In this document: piece after piece, positions 48,244-57,425 of the stretch | Layout of the letters: every line of letters begins with the position of its first letter | Numbering within the stretch: the stretch's first letter is position 1 | Origin: an uncultured Coriobacteriia bacterium | GTDB lineage: Bacteria; Actinomycetota; Coriobacteriia; Anaerosomatales; PALSA-660 | Direction of reading: 5' to 3' | Assembly (NCBI GenBank): GCA_963695385.1 | Contig: OY968780.1 | Coordinates: 163,645-227,644, forward strand | Length of the DNA stretch: 64,000 bases | The notes under the pieces: model-generated | The model's input: the letters and a program-made list of their open reading frames with translations, nothing else | Databases searched by the model: none | Told to the model about the DNA's origin: nothing | Program-made: the position numbers and the translations under genes

Positions 48244-49416
48244 GTGGCGGAGCGGACGGCATCGGCAGAGGTCATTCGCACCTCGTGGGCATCGCGTGTC
48301 CCGCGCGCGGTGTGGATCGCGCTGGCGCTTGCCGGGGCTCTGGCGCTGCCGCTCCTCAACCAAGCCGGCGTCGTCCAGACGCTCTGGATCCGGCTCGGTT
48401 CGCGCACGCTCATCTACGTACTGCTCGCCCTGGGGCTCAACATGATCATGGGTGAGACGGGCCTGCTCAACCTGGGCTACGTGGCGTTCTTCGCCGTCGG
48501 TTCGTACACCACGGCGATCGTCAGCGCGCCGTTCACGGGGTTGCACTGGCCGTTCTGGGTCGCGGTGCCGCTCAGCATCGCGCTGGCGATGGTCGCCGGG
48601 TTCCTCGTCGGGCTGCCGACGTTGCGGCTCAGAGGGGACTACCTCGCAATCGTGACGCTCGCGTTCGGCGAGATCGTGCGCACGGTGTTCAACAACTGGA
48701 AGAGCGTCACGAACGGGCCGGGCGGTCTGCCGGATATCGCTCAGCCGTCGCTGTTCGGGTTTCAGATGAATGCCACAGCTCATCCGGAGCACTACTACTA
48801 CCTTGTGCTCGTGCTCGTGGTGATCGTGACGATACTCCTGTCCAACCTGAAGAACTCGCGCATCGGGCGGGCCTGGAACGCGTTGCGGGAGGACGAGATC
48901 GCCGCGCGGCACTCCGGCATCCACGCCACGCGGCTCAAGACGCTGGCGATGGTGTTGTCCGCCGGGATCGCAGGCTTGGCCGGCAGCGTGTTCGCCTACT
49001 ACCAGGTCTTCATCAACCCGTCATACTTCACTTTCATGCAGTCGGTGATCGTCGTGTGCATGGTGGTGCTCGGAGGCATGGGGTCGATCCCGGGCGCGAT
49101 CGTTGGCGCGGTGGTGCTCGACACGACGCCGGACATCATCAGCAAGGCCTTCTCGGATTGGGTCCCGTCGCTTCTCGGCCCGGCCTTCATGGCGTCATGG
49201 CCGCCCGCGCTCCAGACCTTCTTCGTCGAGTTCGACCGGTATCGGATGCTCCTGTTCGGTCTCGCGATCGTGCTGGTCGTGATCTTCCGGCCCGAGGGCC
49301 TGCTTCCCGACACTCTCTGGCGTCGCGAGACCCATGAAGAGGATCCCCGGGAGATGGAGAAGACGCGCCAGGCGCTCTTCGACGTCGACCAGGGTCATCA
49401 GGATCTGGAGGGCTGA
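48244..49416 (+). CDS. livM: branched-chain amino acid ABC transporter permease
   Basis: LNLGYVAFFAVGSYTTAI ... LRLRGDYLAIVTLAFGEIVR are LivM motifs. Confidence 0.8.
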   Translation: MAERTASAEVIRTSWASRVPRAVWIALALAGALALPLLNQAGVVQTLWIRLGSRTLIYVLLALGLNMIMGETGLLNLGYVAFFAVGSYTTAIVSAPFTGLHWPFWVAVPLSIALAMVAGFLVGLPTLRLRGDYLAIVTLAFGEIVRTVFNNWKSVTNGPGGLPDIAQPSLFGFQMNATAHPEHYYYLVLVLVVIVTILLSNLKNSRIGRAWNALREDEIAARHSGIHATRLKTLAMVLSAGIAGLAGSVFAYYQVFINPSYFTFMQSVIVVCMVVLGGMGSIPGAIVGAVVLDTTPDIISKAFSDWVPSLLGPAFMASWPPALQTFFVEFDRYRMLLFGLAIVLVVIFRPEGLLPDTLWRRETHEEDPREMEKTRQALFDVDQGHQDLEG

Positions 49417-49417
49417 C

Positions 49418-50203
49418 GTGGCCGCCGTACTCGAGCTGATCGGCGTGACCAAGTCCTTCGGCGGGCTGAGAGCCGTCAACGATCTCAACCTCACCGTCAA
49501 CGAGGGCGAGATAGTGTCGATCATCGGCCCGAACGGCAGCGGCAAGACGACGGCTTTCAACGTGATCAGCGGCGTCTACGAGCCCGACTCCGGAGACATC
49601 CTGCTCGGCGGCCGTTCGATCGCGGGCCTTCGCCCCGACCAGATCCAGGCGCTGGGCGTCAGCCGCACGTTCCAGATGCTGCGACTCTTCTCCCACATGA
49701 CTGTGCTTGAGAACGTGCTTGTGGGCATGCACAGCCGCACGAAGGGCGGGACGATGGGCGCGATGTTGCGGTTGCCGCACATACGCCGGGAGGAGCGCGA
49801 GGCGGTCGAGCGCGCCAAGAAGGTCCTGGAGTTCTTCCCCGGACGGTTCTCGGCTTCGCGCCAGAGCCAGCCCGCGCTCTCGCTGTCGTACGCGAACCGG
49901 CGCCGTCTGGAGATCGCGCGCGCTCTCGCGTCCGATCCGACGCTGCTGCTGCTCGACGAGCCGGTCGCGGGCATGAACCCTGCGGAGTCCATGGAGGTCA
50001 TGGAGCAGATACGCAGGTTGCGCGACATGGGCCACACGATCCTGATGATCGAGCACGACATGAAGGTCGTCCTCGGGGCGTCGGACCGGCTCGTCGCGAT
50101 GGATCACGGAGTCAAGATCGCCGAGGGCGACCCGCAGGAGGTCGCCGAGGATCCGCTGGTTGTGGAGGCATACCTTGGCAAGCGCAGCGAATCCGCTTCT
50201 TGA
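49418..50203 (+). CDS. livG: branched-chain amino acid ABC transporter ATP-binding protein
   Basis: GTG 49418 right after the livM stop. LELIGVTKSFGGLRAVNDLNLTVNEGEIVSIIGPNGSGKTT. Confidence 0.85.
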   Translation: MAAVLELIGVTKSFGGLRAVNDLNLTVNEGEIVSIIGPNGSGKTTAFNVISGVYEPDSGDILLGGRSIAGLRPDQIQALGVSRTFQMLRLFSHMTVLENVLVGMHSRTKGGTMGAMLRLPHIRREEREAVERAKKVLEFFPGRFSASRQSQPALSLSYANRRRLEIARALASDPTLLLLDEPVAGMNPAESMEVMEQIRRLRDMGHTILMIEHDMKVVLGASDRLVAMDHGVKIAEGDPQEVAEDPLVVEAYLGKRSESAS

Positions 50204-50906
50204 GTTCAGAGGGGTCCGGACCCGCTATGGCCGGATCGAGATCCTCAAAGGCGTCGACTACCGCGTCGGCGCCGGGGAGATCGTTTGCCTGCTGGGCGGC
50301 AACGCCTCCGGCAAGTCGACGACGATGAAGACGATCCTGGGTATCGTGACACCCTTCGAGGGCGAGGTCCTATTCGACGGGCAGGTCGTCAACGGTCTGC
50401 GAACCGCCGAGCGAATCAAGCGGGGGATCGCGACAGTTCCCGAGAACCGCCGCCTCTTCCCGCACCTGTCGGTCTACGAGAACCTGGAGATGGGCGCGTA
50501 CACGCGCTCGGACCATGACGGGATCCGCGATGACATCGAGAAGATCTACGAGCTCTTCCCGCGTGTCGCGGAGCGCCGCACGCAGCGCGCGGGAACGCTG
50601 TCGGGCGGCGAGCAGCAGATGGTGGCCATCGGCCGCGCGCTCATGTCCAGGCCGCGCCTGATCATCATGGACGAGCCGTCCATGGGCCTCGCGCCAGCCC
50701 TCGTGGACCAGAACTTCGAGATCATCAAGCGCATCAACCGTGATGAGGGGGTGGCTATCTTCCTGGTCGAGCAGAACGCGAACGCGGCGCTGGCCATCGC
50801 GGATCACGGCTACGTGCTCCAGGGCGGTCGCGTGGTGATCGAAGGTTCGGCCGCCGAGCTGCTCGTGAACGCCGAGCTGCGTCGCGCGTATCTCGGGGAA
50901 GCGTAG
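50175..50906 (+). CDS. livF: branched-chain amino acid ABC transporter ATP-binding protein
   Basis: TTG 50175 with a GGAGG RBS, overlapping the livG 3' end. LLEFRGVRTRYGRIEILKGVDYRVGAGEIVCLLGGNASGKST. Confidence 0.85.
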   Translation: MASAANPLLEFRGVRTRYGRIEILKGVDYRVGAGEIVCLLGGNASGKSTTMKTILGIVTPFEGEVLFDGQVVNGLRTAERIKRGIATVPENRRLFPHLSVYENLEMGAYTRSDHDGIRDDIEKIYELFPRVAERRTQRAGTLSGGEQQMVAIGRALMSRPRLIIMDEPSMGLAPALVDQNFEIIKRINRDEGVAIFLVEQNANAALAIADHGYVLQGGRVVIEGSAAELLVNAELRRAYLGEA

Positions 50907-50940
50907 GTTATCCGGCAACGGCGTCGCTTGTGTCCTCCGA

Positions 50941-51720
50941 TTGGGAATCAACCAAGCGCCGCATCCGCAGCAGGCACCGTGCGAGTCTGGCGACAGGGGA
51001 GACGGAATGGGCGACCCTCAGGGATGCTCCGCCGCAGAACTGGGTGAGATCCTCGATGGGATGCGCTCCGGGGATCCGCTCTCCCGCGGGCTCTCCCTGA
51101 GGCTGCTGGAGCGCGTGCGTGCGAGCTGCGATGCGGGTCAACTCATGGGCGCGCTCGGCGATGATGATCCCGAGGTCGTGAGGTGGGCGGCATGCGGACT
51201 TGGACTCCGAGGCTTTCCCCGATCGCTCACGCCGCTGCTCGACATGACCACCTCGGACGATCCGACACGTCGCGAGGTGGCCGCCGATGCTCTCGGTCTG
51301 CTGGGGGACGTCCGGGCGATCTCGGCGCTGGTCGTATTGATCGAGGATCCGGATGCTCGTGTCAGGCGCGCGGCCGCCGTCTCTCTCAAGCGGCTGGGTG
51401 ACGAGCGCGGGTCGAAGGCGGTCTGCGACGATCTCGTCTCGCAGCTCCGTGACGGGAACGCCGAGGAGAGGGCTTTCGCCGCCAGGGCGCTGGGCGCGCT
51501 GTGTGATAGGAGCACCACCGCGGCGCTTGTCGAGTCGCTCTCGGACGCGTGTGTGGACGTGCGTACGTACGCAGCCGAGGCTCTGGGAAACGTCGCGGAT
51601 CCATCGGCGACCGGGGCCCTGCTGAGCGCCGGCTTCCGGGACGACGACGAGACCGTCCGCAGCTCGGCGATGGCCGCCCTCGGGCGCATGAGCCGGCAGC
51701 CCGGCTACGAGGTGGCCTAG
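50941..51720 (+). CDS. HEAT-repeat (PBS lyase HEAT-like) protein
   Basis: Repeated DP.VR..AA.ALG..GD..A...L units. The start may be ATG 51007 rather than 50941. Confidence 0.55.
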   Translation: MGINQAPHPQQAPCESGDRGDGMGDPQGCSAAELGEILDGMRSGDPLSRGLSLRLLERVRASCDAGQLMGALGDDDPEVVRWAACGLGLRGFPRSLTPLLDMTTSDDPTRREVAADALGLLGDVRAISALVVLIEDPDARVRRAAAVSLKRLGDERGSKAVCDDLVSQLRDGNAEERAFAARALGALCDRSTTAALVESLSDACVDVRTYAAEALGNVADPSATGALLSAGFRDDDETVRSSAMAALGRMSRQPGYEVA

Positions 51721-51731
51721 GGTCGGAGTCC

Positions 51732-51817
51732 TGGTGCCCGGGGAGGGATTCGAACCCTCACGAGGTTGCCCCCGACGGCTTTTGAGGCCGCTGCGTCTGC
51801 CATTCCGCCACCCGGGC
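51732..51817 (-). tRNA. tRNA-Leu (anticodon CAA), class II with long variable arm
   Basis: The minus-strand sequence GCCCGGGTGGCGGAATGGCAGACGCAGCGGCCTCAAAAGCCGTCGGGGGCAACCTCGTGAGGGTTCGAATCCCTCCCCGGGCACCA folds as a cloverleaf. The T-arm is GGTTCGAATCC, the anticodon loop is CUCAAAA, and CCA is encoded. Confidence 0.85.
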
Positions 51818-51932
51818 CCTTGCTCGGTGCGCGCGGCCGGCGTCGGCCGCGGGACGGATTATAGCCCGGGACGGCGGAACGCGGCGCACGGGAGTGGGAC
51901 CGGAGAGCGGCGGGCCGGCGGTGTCCGTACCG

Positions 51933-51938
51933 TATAAT
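51933..51938 (+). promoter_or_regulatory. perfect -10 hexamer TATAAT 7 nt upstream of the pdtaS ATG (probable leaderless transcript)
   Basis: TATAAT at 51933-51938, and the A of ATG 51945 sits at the expected +1. No SD is possible. Confidence 0.35.
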
Positions 51939-51944
51939 CGGGCC

Positions 51945-53372
51945 ATGGAAGAGAACGCCAGCCCGCCCGGCGATCCGGACTCCGCGCGGTCGGAGCACCT
52001 GGGCAACGTCGCCGGAAACCTCCAGCTCATCGCCGACATGGGTTACGGCGACGTGGCGCTCGCGATCCGCACCGCCGACGACGGCCTCCGGGTCGTCGCG
52101 GATGCCCGGCCGATGACCGCCGTGCCGGCTGTCGCCCAGACGCGCATCGGGCGGACCCTGCCGTCGCGCGACGAGCCGGAGGCGTATCGTGCCATGCGGG
52201 ACGGGGTCCCCGTGGTGGGGCGTCGGCGCCGAACCACCCGCGGCATCTCGTATGTGACTCACGCGTATCCCGTGGGTGCAGCGGGCGAGACCTACGCGGT
52301 GCTCGTTCGCGACCTCACCCAGCAGGTGGCCGAGGCTCCCGGGAAGATGGAGCTGGAATTCATGGGCATCGCCGAGGGCCTGATCGTGTTGCTTCGCCAA
52401 GGTCCTCTCACCACTCTGGACGACGGCGTCCCATTCGTGACGACGCGGCGGGCCGGGGACGGCGTGATGCGTATCGGCCCGGATGGTCGCGTCGTCTACG
52501 GCAGTCCCAACGCCGTGAACATCATGAGACAGTCCGGACTCGAGGGTGGGCTCGTGGGCACGCCGGAGACCGGGTTGCCGGGCGGGTCGATCGCCGTGGA
52601 GCCGGTGATGGGGAGGCGCGGTGCTCTCGCCGCCGAGGTCGATGTGGGCGGTCGCGTTCTGTCGTACCGGACCATCGCCCTGCCGTCTGGCACGGCCGTG
52701 CTCGTCGAGGATGTCACGGACGTCCGCCGCCAGGAGCAGGAGTTGAAGGTGAAGGAGGCCACCATCCGTGAGGTCCATCACCGGGTGAAGAACAACCTGC
52801 AGACCATCGCCTCGCTGCTGCGGATACAGGCGCGCCGCTCGGACTCCAACGAGGCCGCCCGCGCGTTGGCCGAGGCGGTCGAGAGGGTGTCATCAATGGC
52901 GGTCGTTCACGAGATGCTCTCGGCATCCACGGACGAGCGCGTGGACTTCGGCGAGGCGGCGCGCACCGTCGTGGACATGGTCCGCCAGGGTATCGCGGGG
53001 ACGAGAAGCGAGATCAGCGTCGAGGTGGAAGGCACGACCGGCGAGGTCCTTGCCTCGACAGCGACCTCCCTCGCCCTGGTTCTGGCCGAGCTGGTGCATA
53101 ACGCCATCGAACACGGCCTGGGACCGGCGAGCCAGGGGACGGTCCTCGTGTCCATGCGACGCCTGCCCGGCGAACTCCATCTCGTGGTCCGTGACGACGG
53201 GGTGGGCCTTCCGCCCGGCTTCGACTCCGCCAAGGACGCGCATCTGGGACTGGCGATCGTGCGCACGCTGGTCGAGGACGACCTGCGTGGTACCCTCGTG
53301 TTCGGCGGTGGGGCGGGTACGACCGTGACCATCCGCGTGCCCGTCCCGAGCGATCGAGCCGACACGGAGTAG
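51945..53372 (+). CDS. pdtaS: PdtaS-type cytoplasmic sensor histidine kinase (GAF/PAS + HisKA_2 + HATPase)
   Basis: No TM segments. HisKA_2 H-box EVHHRVKNNLQTIASLL. ATPase N/G boxes (LVHNAIEHG, RDDGVGLP, GLAIVRTLV). An alternative upstream start is 51894. Confidence 0.75.
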   Translation: MEENASPPGDPDSARSEHLGNVAGNLQLIADMGYGDVALAIRTADDGLRVVADARPMTAVPAVAQTRIGRTLPSRDEPEAYRAMRDGVPVVGRRRRTTRGISYVTHAYPVGAAGETYAVLVRDLTQQVAEAPGKMELEFMGIAEGLIVLLRQGPLTTLDDGVPFVTTRRAGDGVMRIGPDGRVVYGSPNAVNIMRQSGLEGGLVGTPETGLPGGSIAVEPVMGRRGALAAEVDVGGRVLSYRTIALPSGTAVLVEDVTDVRRQEQELKVKEATIREVHHRVKNNLQTIASLLRIQARRSDSNEAARALAEAVERVSSMAVVHEMLSASTDERVDFGEAARTVVDMVRQGIAGTRSEISVEVEGTTGEVLASTATSLALVLAELVHNAIEHGLGPASQGTVLVSMRRLPGELHLVVRDDGVGLPPGFDSAKDAHLGLAIVRTLVEDDLRGTLVFGGGAGTTVTIRVPVPSDRADTE

Positions 53373-53375
53373 CCG

Positions 53376-53951
53376 ATGCGTGTAGTGATCGCCGAGGACG
53401 AGGCTCTCATCCGCATGGATCTGCGGGAGATGCTTCTGGAAGAGGGCCACGAGGTGGTCGGTGAGGCGCGAGACGGCGCCGAGGCCATCGCTCTGGCGCG
53501 CCGGTTGCTTCCCGATGTGATCTTCATGGATGTGGAGATGCCGGGCACCGACGGCCTCACGGCGGCGGAGACGATCGGCTCCGAGTCCATCGCGCCGGTC
53601 GTGATGGTCACCGCCTTCTCCCAACCCGACTACGTCGAGCAGGCCACTGGGGCCGGCGCGATGGCCTACCTGGTCAAGCCGTTCTCGAAGACGGATATAC
53701 TGCCGGCGATGCAGATCGCTGTCTCCCGCTTCGCGGAGGCTCGCGCGCTCGCGGCAGAGGTGGCCGACCTGTCCGAGCGCCTTGAGACCAGGAAGGTCCT
53801 GGACCGGGCGAAGGGCCTGCTGATGAAGAAGGGCATGACCGAGCCCGATGCGTTCCGCCGCCTGCAGAAGCTCGCCATGGACCGCCGCAAGTCGCTTCGC
53901 GAGATCGCCGAAGCGCTGGTCCTGGCGTCTGATCTCGAGGACGATGCTTAG
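53376..53951 (+). CDS. pdtaR: ANTAR-domain response regulator (receiver + RNA-binding antiterminator domain)
   Basis: Receiver MRVVIAEDEALIRMDLREML...DVIFMDVEMPGTDGL. C-terminal ANTAR (RKVLDRAKGLLMKKGMTEPDAFRRLQKLAMDRRKSLREIAEALV). Confidence 0.8.
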   Translation: MRVVIAEDEALIRMDLREMLLEEGHEVVGEARDGAEAIALARRLLPDVIFMDVEMPGTDGLTAAETIGSESIAPVVMVTAFSQPDYVEQATGAGAMAYLVKPFSKTDILPAMQIAVSRFAEARALAAEVADLSERLETRKVLDRAKGLLMKKGMTEPDAFRRLQKLAMDRRKSLREIAEALVLASDLEDDA

Positions 53952-53993
53952 CCGGACCGCCGACCGGTACCCCGCAAGAGAGAAAGCAGACAG

Positions 53994-54644
53994 ATGAATC
54001 CGGATCGGATGACCGACCGCAGTGCGTACATCGTGTTCGCCGTCGCATTGACCGCGAGTCTGATCGCCGCGGCCTTCGCTCCCCAGGACACCCAGCTGGG
54101 TGCTTGGGTCAAGTTCGTGATCTGGCACGGGATGCTCAAGTGGGCATGCATCGTCGTCATCTATGGCATGGGAGTGCTGGCGCTCGGCCACCTTCTGACC
54201 GGCAGACGAGTCTTCTACGAGTGGGCGCACGCGATGCAGGTGGCGACGCTGCCGGCGTGGGCCTTCGCCGTGACCGTCGGCGCAGTCGCGGCGAGGCTGG
54301 TATGGAATTCGTTCAACTGGACGGAACAGCGGATGACCATGAGCCTCCTCTACATCATGGTGACCGCGGTCGCGCTGGTGATCGGGTTGTTGGTCAACAG
54401 GCCGAGGGTGACGAGCGCCCTGATCGTCGTGTCTTCTCTCACGATGGTGGCTGGAATGGCATGGATCACCTTCTTCCCGTCGCCCGATTCGATCCATCCC
54501 GCGGCCGCGGTGATGGGGGCCGACGACCCCATGTTCCGGGTCTTCGCATTACTGATGCTGGCCGGAACCCTCGTAAGCGTGCTGGCGGCGGTGGTCCCGG
54601 TTCGGCACTGGCTGCTCCGGCACTCCGATGATGCCGAGACTTAG
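53994..54644 (+). CDS. hypothetical integral membrane protein (about 6 TM)
   Basis: ORF 53994..54644, strongly hydrophobic with periodic TM segments. No recognisable motif. Confidence 0.5.
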   Translation: MNPDRMTDRSAYIVFAVALTASLIAAAFAPQDTQLGAWVKFVIWHGMLKWACIVVIYGMGVLALGHLLTGRRVFYEWAHAMQVATLPAWAFAVTVGAVAARLVWNSFNWTEQRMTMSLLYIMVTAVALVIGLLVNRPRVTSALIVVSSLTMVAGMAWITFFPSPDSIHPAAAVMGADDPMFRVFALLMLAGTLVSVLAAVVPVRHWLLRHSDDAET

Positions 54645-54856
54645 GACACGCAAGGCCGCGCCGAGCCCCGACGACCGCCGCTCGTCGGTCCGGTTTCCCA
54701 CGTGTTGCGCTTCGGTGTCCCTACGGCACGACCCGTGCTAGAATAGCGGCGTGCTCGCACGACGACGTGCGGGACCATGGATCGACCGAGCAATGGCGCT
54801 CGCAGAGCCGAAGGTGGCTCAGCGGGTGCCTTTTTCTATACGCGAACGGAAGTCTC

Positions 54857-56221
54857 ATGAAGGACATGGCGGTCTTCTGGGGGTGCACGATCCCTGCGCG
54901 TTTCCCGTTCATCGAGAAGGCGACGCGCCTGGTGTTCGACGACCTCGGGGCCGAGGTCAGAGAACTCGAAGGGCTGACCTGCTGCCCCGAGGGCGTTCTC
55001 GTCAAGAGCAGCGACGAGGATGCCTACTACACGACGGCGGCGCGCAACCTGGCGGTCATCGAGAGCGCGGGTCTCGACGTCGTGACTCCGTGCAACGGGT
55101 GCTACTCGACGTTTCGCGAGACGTGGGCCCACCTCGAGAAGGATTGGCGCCAGAGGGAGCGCATCAACGAGCGCCTGGCTCCCGAGGGTCTTCACTACGA
55201 CGGCCGGGTGAAGATCACGCACTTCGCGGAATGGCTGGCGGACGACCTGGGCGCCCCCCTGGTCGCATCCAAGCTCGAGCGCACCTTCTGGGGGATGCGG
55301 ATCGCGGTCCACTACGGGTGTCATCTCCTGCGCCCGAGCCCCGCGATCGGTTGGGACGATCCGCTCGAGCCTCGAAAGGTCGAGGAGATCGTCGCGGCCA
55401 TGGGCGCGCGCGTGGTCGACTACCAGACGAAGATGCAGTGCTGCGGCGGCGCCCTCGATCGAGTCGGTGAGCGCGACAGCTCGCTGGCCTTCGCGAGGCG
55501 CAAGCTTTACGACCTGCAGGACAACGAGGTGGACGCGCTGGTCGTCGTCTGTCCGTCCTGCTTCCAGCAGTTCGACCTGAACCAGGCCGCCCTGCAGCGC
55601 GCGAACGAGGACATCAACGTCCCGGTGCTCTACCTGTCCGAGTTGATAGCTCTGGGCATGGGCCACTCGCCCGATGAGATAGGTCTCGACCTGCACCGCG
55701 TCTCCGTGGATCCGTTCCTGAGGAAGTGGGACGAGCGCGAGGCGGACAAGGCGAGGCTCGCCTCGGCGTTCGACGTCTCGTTGCTCGCCAAGTGCGACAG
55801 CTGCCGCGCCTGCAAGGATGACTGTCCGGTCTGCAAGATCGACCCGGAGTTCCAGCCCACCGAGATCATCGGCGACCTAATCCGCGGACATCTCGACGGC
55901 GTTCTGGCCGATGGCCAGCTGTGGAAGTGTCTCGAGTGCTACACGTGTCAGGAGATGTGTCACTCGCGGATCGGCATGGCCGACACCTTCCGCAAGCTCA
56001 AGGAACTCGCGATGGCCGCGGGGAGCGGACCGGAGTCCGTGTCGGCCGCCTACCAGACCTTCCTCAAGACGGGCCTGCTCGGATCCCCGCGGGAGTCCGC
56101 GCGCAGAAAGCTCGGCCTCGAGCCGCTGCCGGCCAGCGGCGGCGAGTCGCTGGGCCGGGTGCTTGCTGGCGACAAGCCTCCCTCCGGAGACGCGTCGCCG
56201 GCCGATGGCGGAGGGGAGTGA
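54857..56221 (+). CDS. HdrB/HdrC-like Fe-S oxidoreductase (CCG-domain heterodisulfide-reductase-like fused to 2x[4Fe-4S] ferredoxin-like C-terminus)
   Basis: CCG-domain motifs (LTCCPEG, VTPCNGC, MQCCGG, VVCPSCF). C-terminal CDSCRACKDDCPVC and CLECYTCQEMC clusters. ATG 54857. Confidence 0.7.
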   Translation: MKDMAVFWGCTIPARFPFIEKATRLVFDDLGAEVRELEGLTCCPEGVLVKSSDEDAYYTTAARNLAVIESAGLDVVTPCNGCYSTFRETWAHLEKDWRQRERINERLAPEGLHYDGRVKITHFAEWLADDLGAPLVASKLERTFWGMRIAVHYGCHLLRPSPAIGWDDPLEPRKVEEIVAAMGARVVDYQTKMQCCGGALDRVGERDSSLAFARRKLYDLQDNEVDALVVVCPSCFQQFDLNQAALQRANEDINVPVLYLSELIALGMGHSPDEIGLDLHRVSVDPFLRKWDEREADKARLASAFDVSLLAKCDSCRACKDDCPVCKIDPEFQPTEIIGDLIRGHLDGVLADGQLWKCLECYTCQEMCHSRIGMADTFRKLKELAMAAGSGPESVSAAYQTFLKTGLLGSPRESARRKLGLEPLPASGGESLGRVLAGDKPPSGDASPADGGGE

Positions 56222-56226
56222 ACACG

Positions 56227-57423
56227 ATGGAGCGTCCACACTACAGCCAGGAGTCGCCGTTCAAGATACATGGCGGCTGCGGCCTGGTCGGCATATGCGA
56301 CGAATCCGGCAAGCTCATGGGCGGCGAGGTCGCGATCCAGGCGATGGCCGTGCAGCGCGACCGGGGCAACGGACTCGGCGGCGGATTCGCGGGCTACGGG
56401 ATCTACCCGGAGTTCCCGGATCACTTCGCCTTCCACATGATGTATCACGACTTCCGGGCCAAGGAAGAGTGCGAAGCCTACTTCGATCGCCACTTCCACG
56501 TCGATCTGGCCGAGCCGATGCCCACCCGTCCCGTCAAGGGCATCAATGACGCTCCTCACCTGTGGCGCTACTTCCTCAAGCCCGATCCGCACAAGTTGAG
56601 CGATGCCGAGATGAGCGCCGAAGACTTCATCGTCCACGCCGTCATGACCATCAACTCCACCGTCGACGGGGCCTTCGTCGCCTCCTCGGGCAAGAACATG
56701 GGCGCCTTCAAGGGTGTCGGGTATCCCGAGGAGATCGGCCACTACTTCCGGCTCGAGGAGTACGAGGGTCACACGTGGGTGGGTCACAATCGCTTCCCGA
56801 CCAACACCCCCGGCTGGTGGGGCGGCGCCCATCCCTTCACGCTGCTCGACTGGTCGATCGTGCACAACGGCGAGATCTCGAGCTATGGCATCAACAGCCG
56901 TTACCTCGAGCAGTTCGGCTACAAGTGCACGCTGGGAACCGACACCGAGGTGGTCGCGTACCTGTTCGACCTCCTGCTCAGGCGGCACAGACTTCCGCTG
57001 TCCCTGGCCTGCAAGGCGTTGGCCCCGCCGCTTTGGGGCGAGATCGACCGGATGCCCGAGAAGGAGCGCGCTCTGATGACGTCGCTGCGCGCCGTCTACG
57101 GGCCGGCGATGCTGAACGGCCCCTTCGCGATCGTCCTCGGTTTCAACGGGGGCATGGTCGCGCTCAACGACCGCATCAAACTGCGTCCGCTCGTCGCCGC
57201 CCGCAAGGGCCGGCTGCTGGTGGTCGCGTCGGAGGAGAGCGCCATCCGTCAGATCGTGCCGAGCCCGGACATGACATGGGCGCCCAAGGCCGGCGAGCCG
57301 GTGATCGGGCGCGTCGACGGAATGGACTGGCCGATCCACGGTGACCTGCACAGTCCGCCCTCAGAGGTCTCGTGCGCCGTCACCGGCACCGGGACCGCTT
57401 GCGAGAACGCCGAGGTGAGCTGA
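56227..57423 (+). CDS. glutamate synthase, glutamine amidotransferase (class II, Ntn) subunit, archaeal-type split GOGAT
   Basis: Ntn-type class II GATase (GltS domain 1-like) fold. N-terminal MERPHYSQESPFKIHGGCGLVGI. It is followed by the FMN and GXGXG subunits. Confidence 0.8.
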   Translation: MERPHYSQESPFKIHGGCGLVGICDESGKLMGGEVAIQAMAVQRDRGNGLGGGFAGYGIYPEFPDHFAFHMMYHDFRAKEECEAYFDRHFHVDLAEPMPTRPVKGINDAPHLWRYFLKPDPHKLSDAEMSAEDFIVHAVMTINSTVDGAFVASSGKNMGAFKGVGYPEEIGHYFRLEEYEGHTWVGHNRFPTNTPGWWGGAHPFTLLDWSIVHNGEISSYGINSRYLEQFGYKCTLGTDTEVVAYLFDLLLRRHRLPLSLACKALAPPLWGEIDRMPEKERALMTSLRAVYGPAMLNGPFAIVLGFNGGMVALNDRIKLRPLVAARKGRLLVVASEESAIRQIVPSPDMTWAPKAGEPVIGRVDGMDWPIHGDLHSPPSEVSCAVTGTGTACENAEVS

Positions 57424-57425
57424 AG

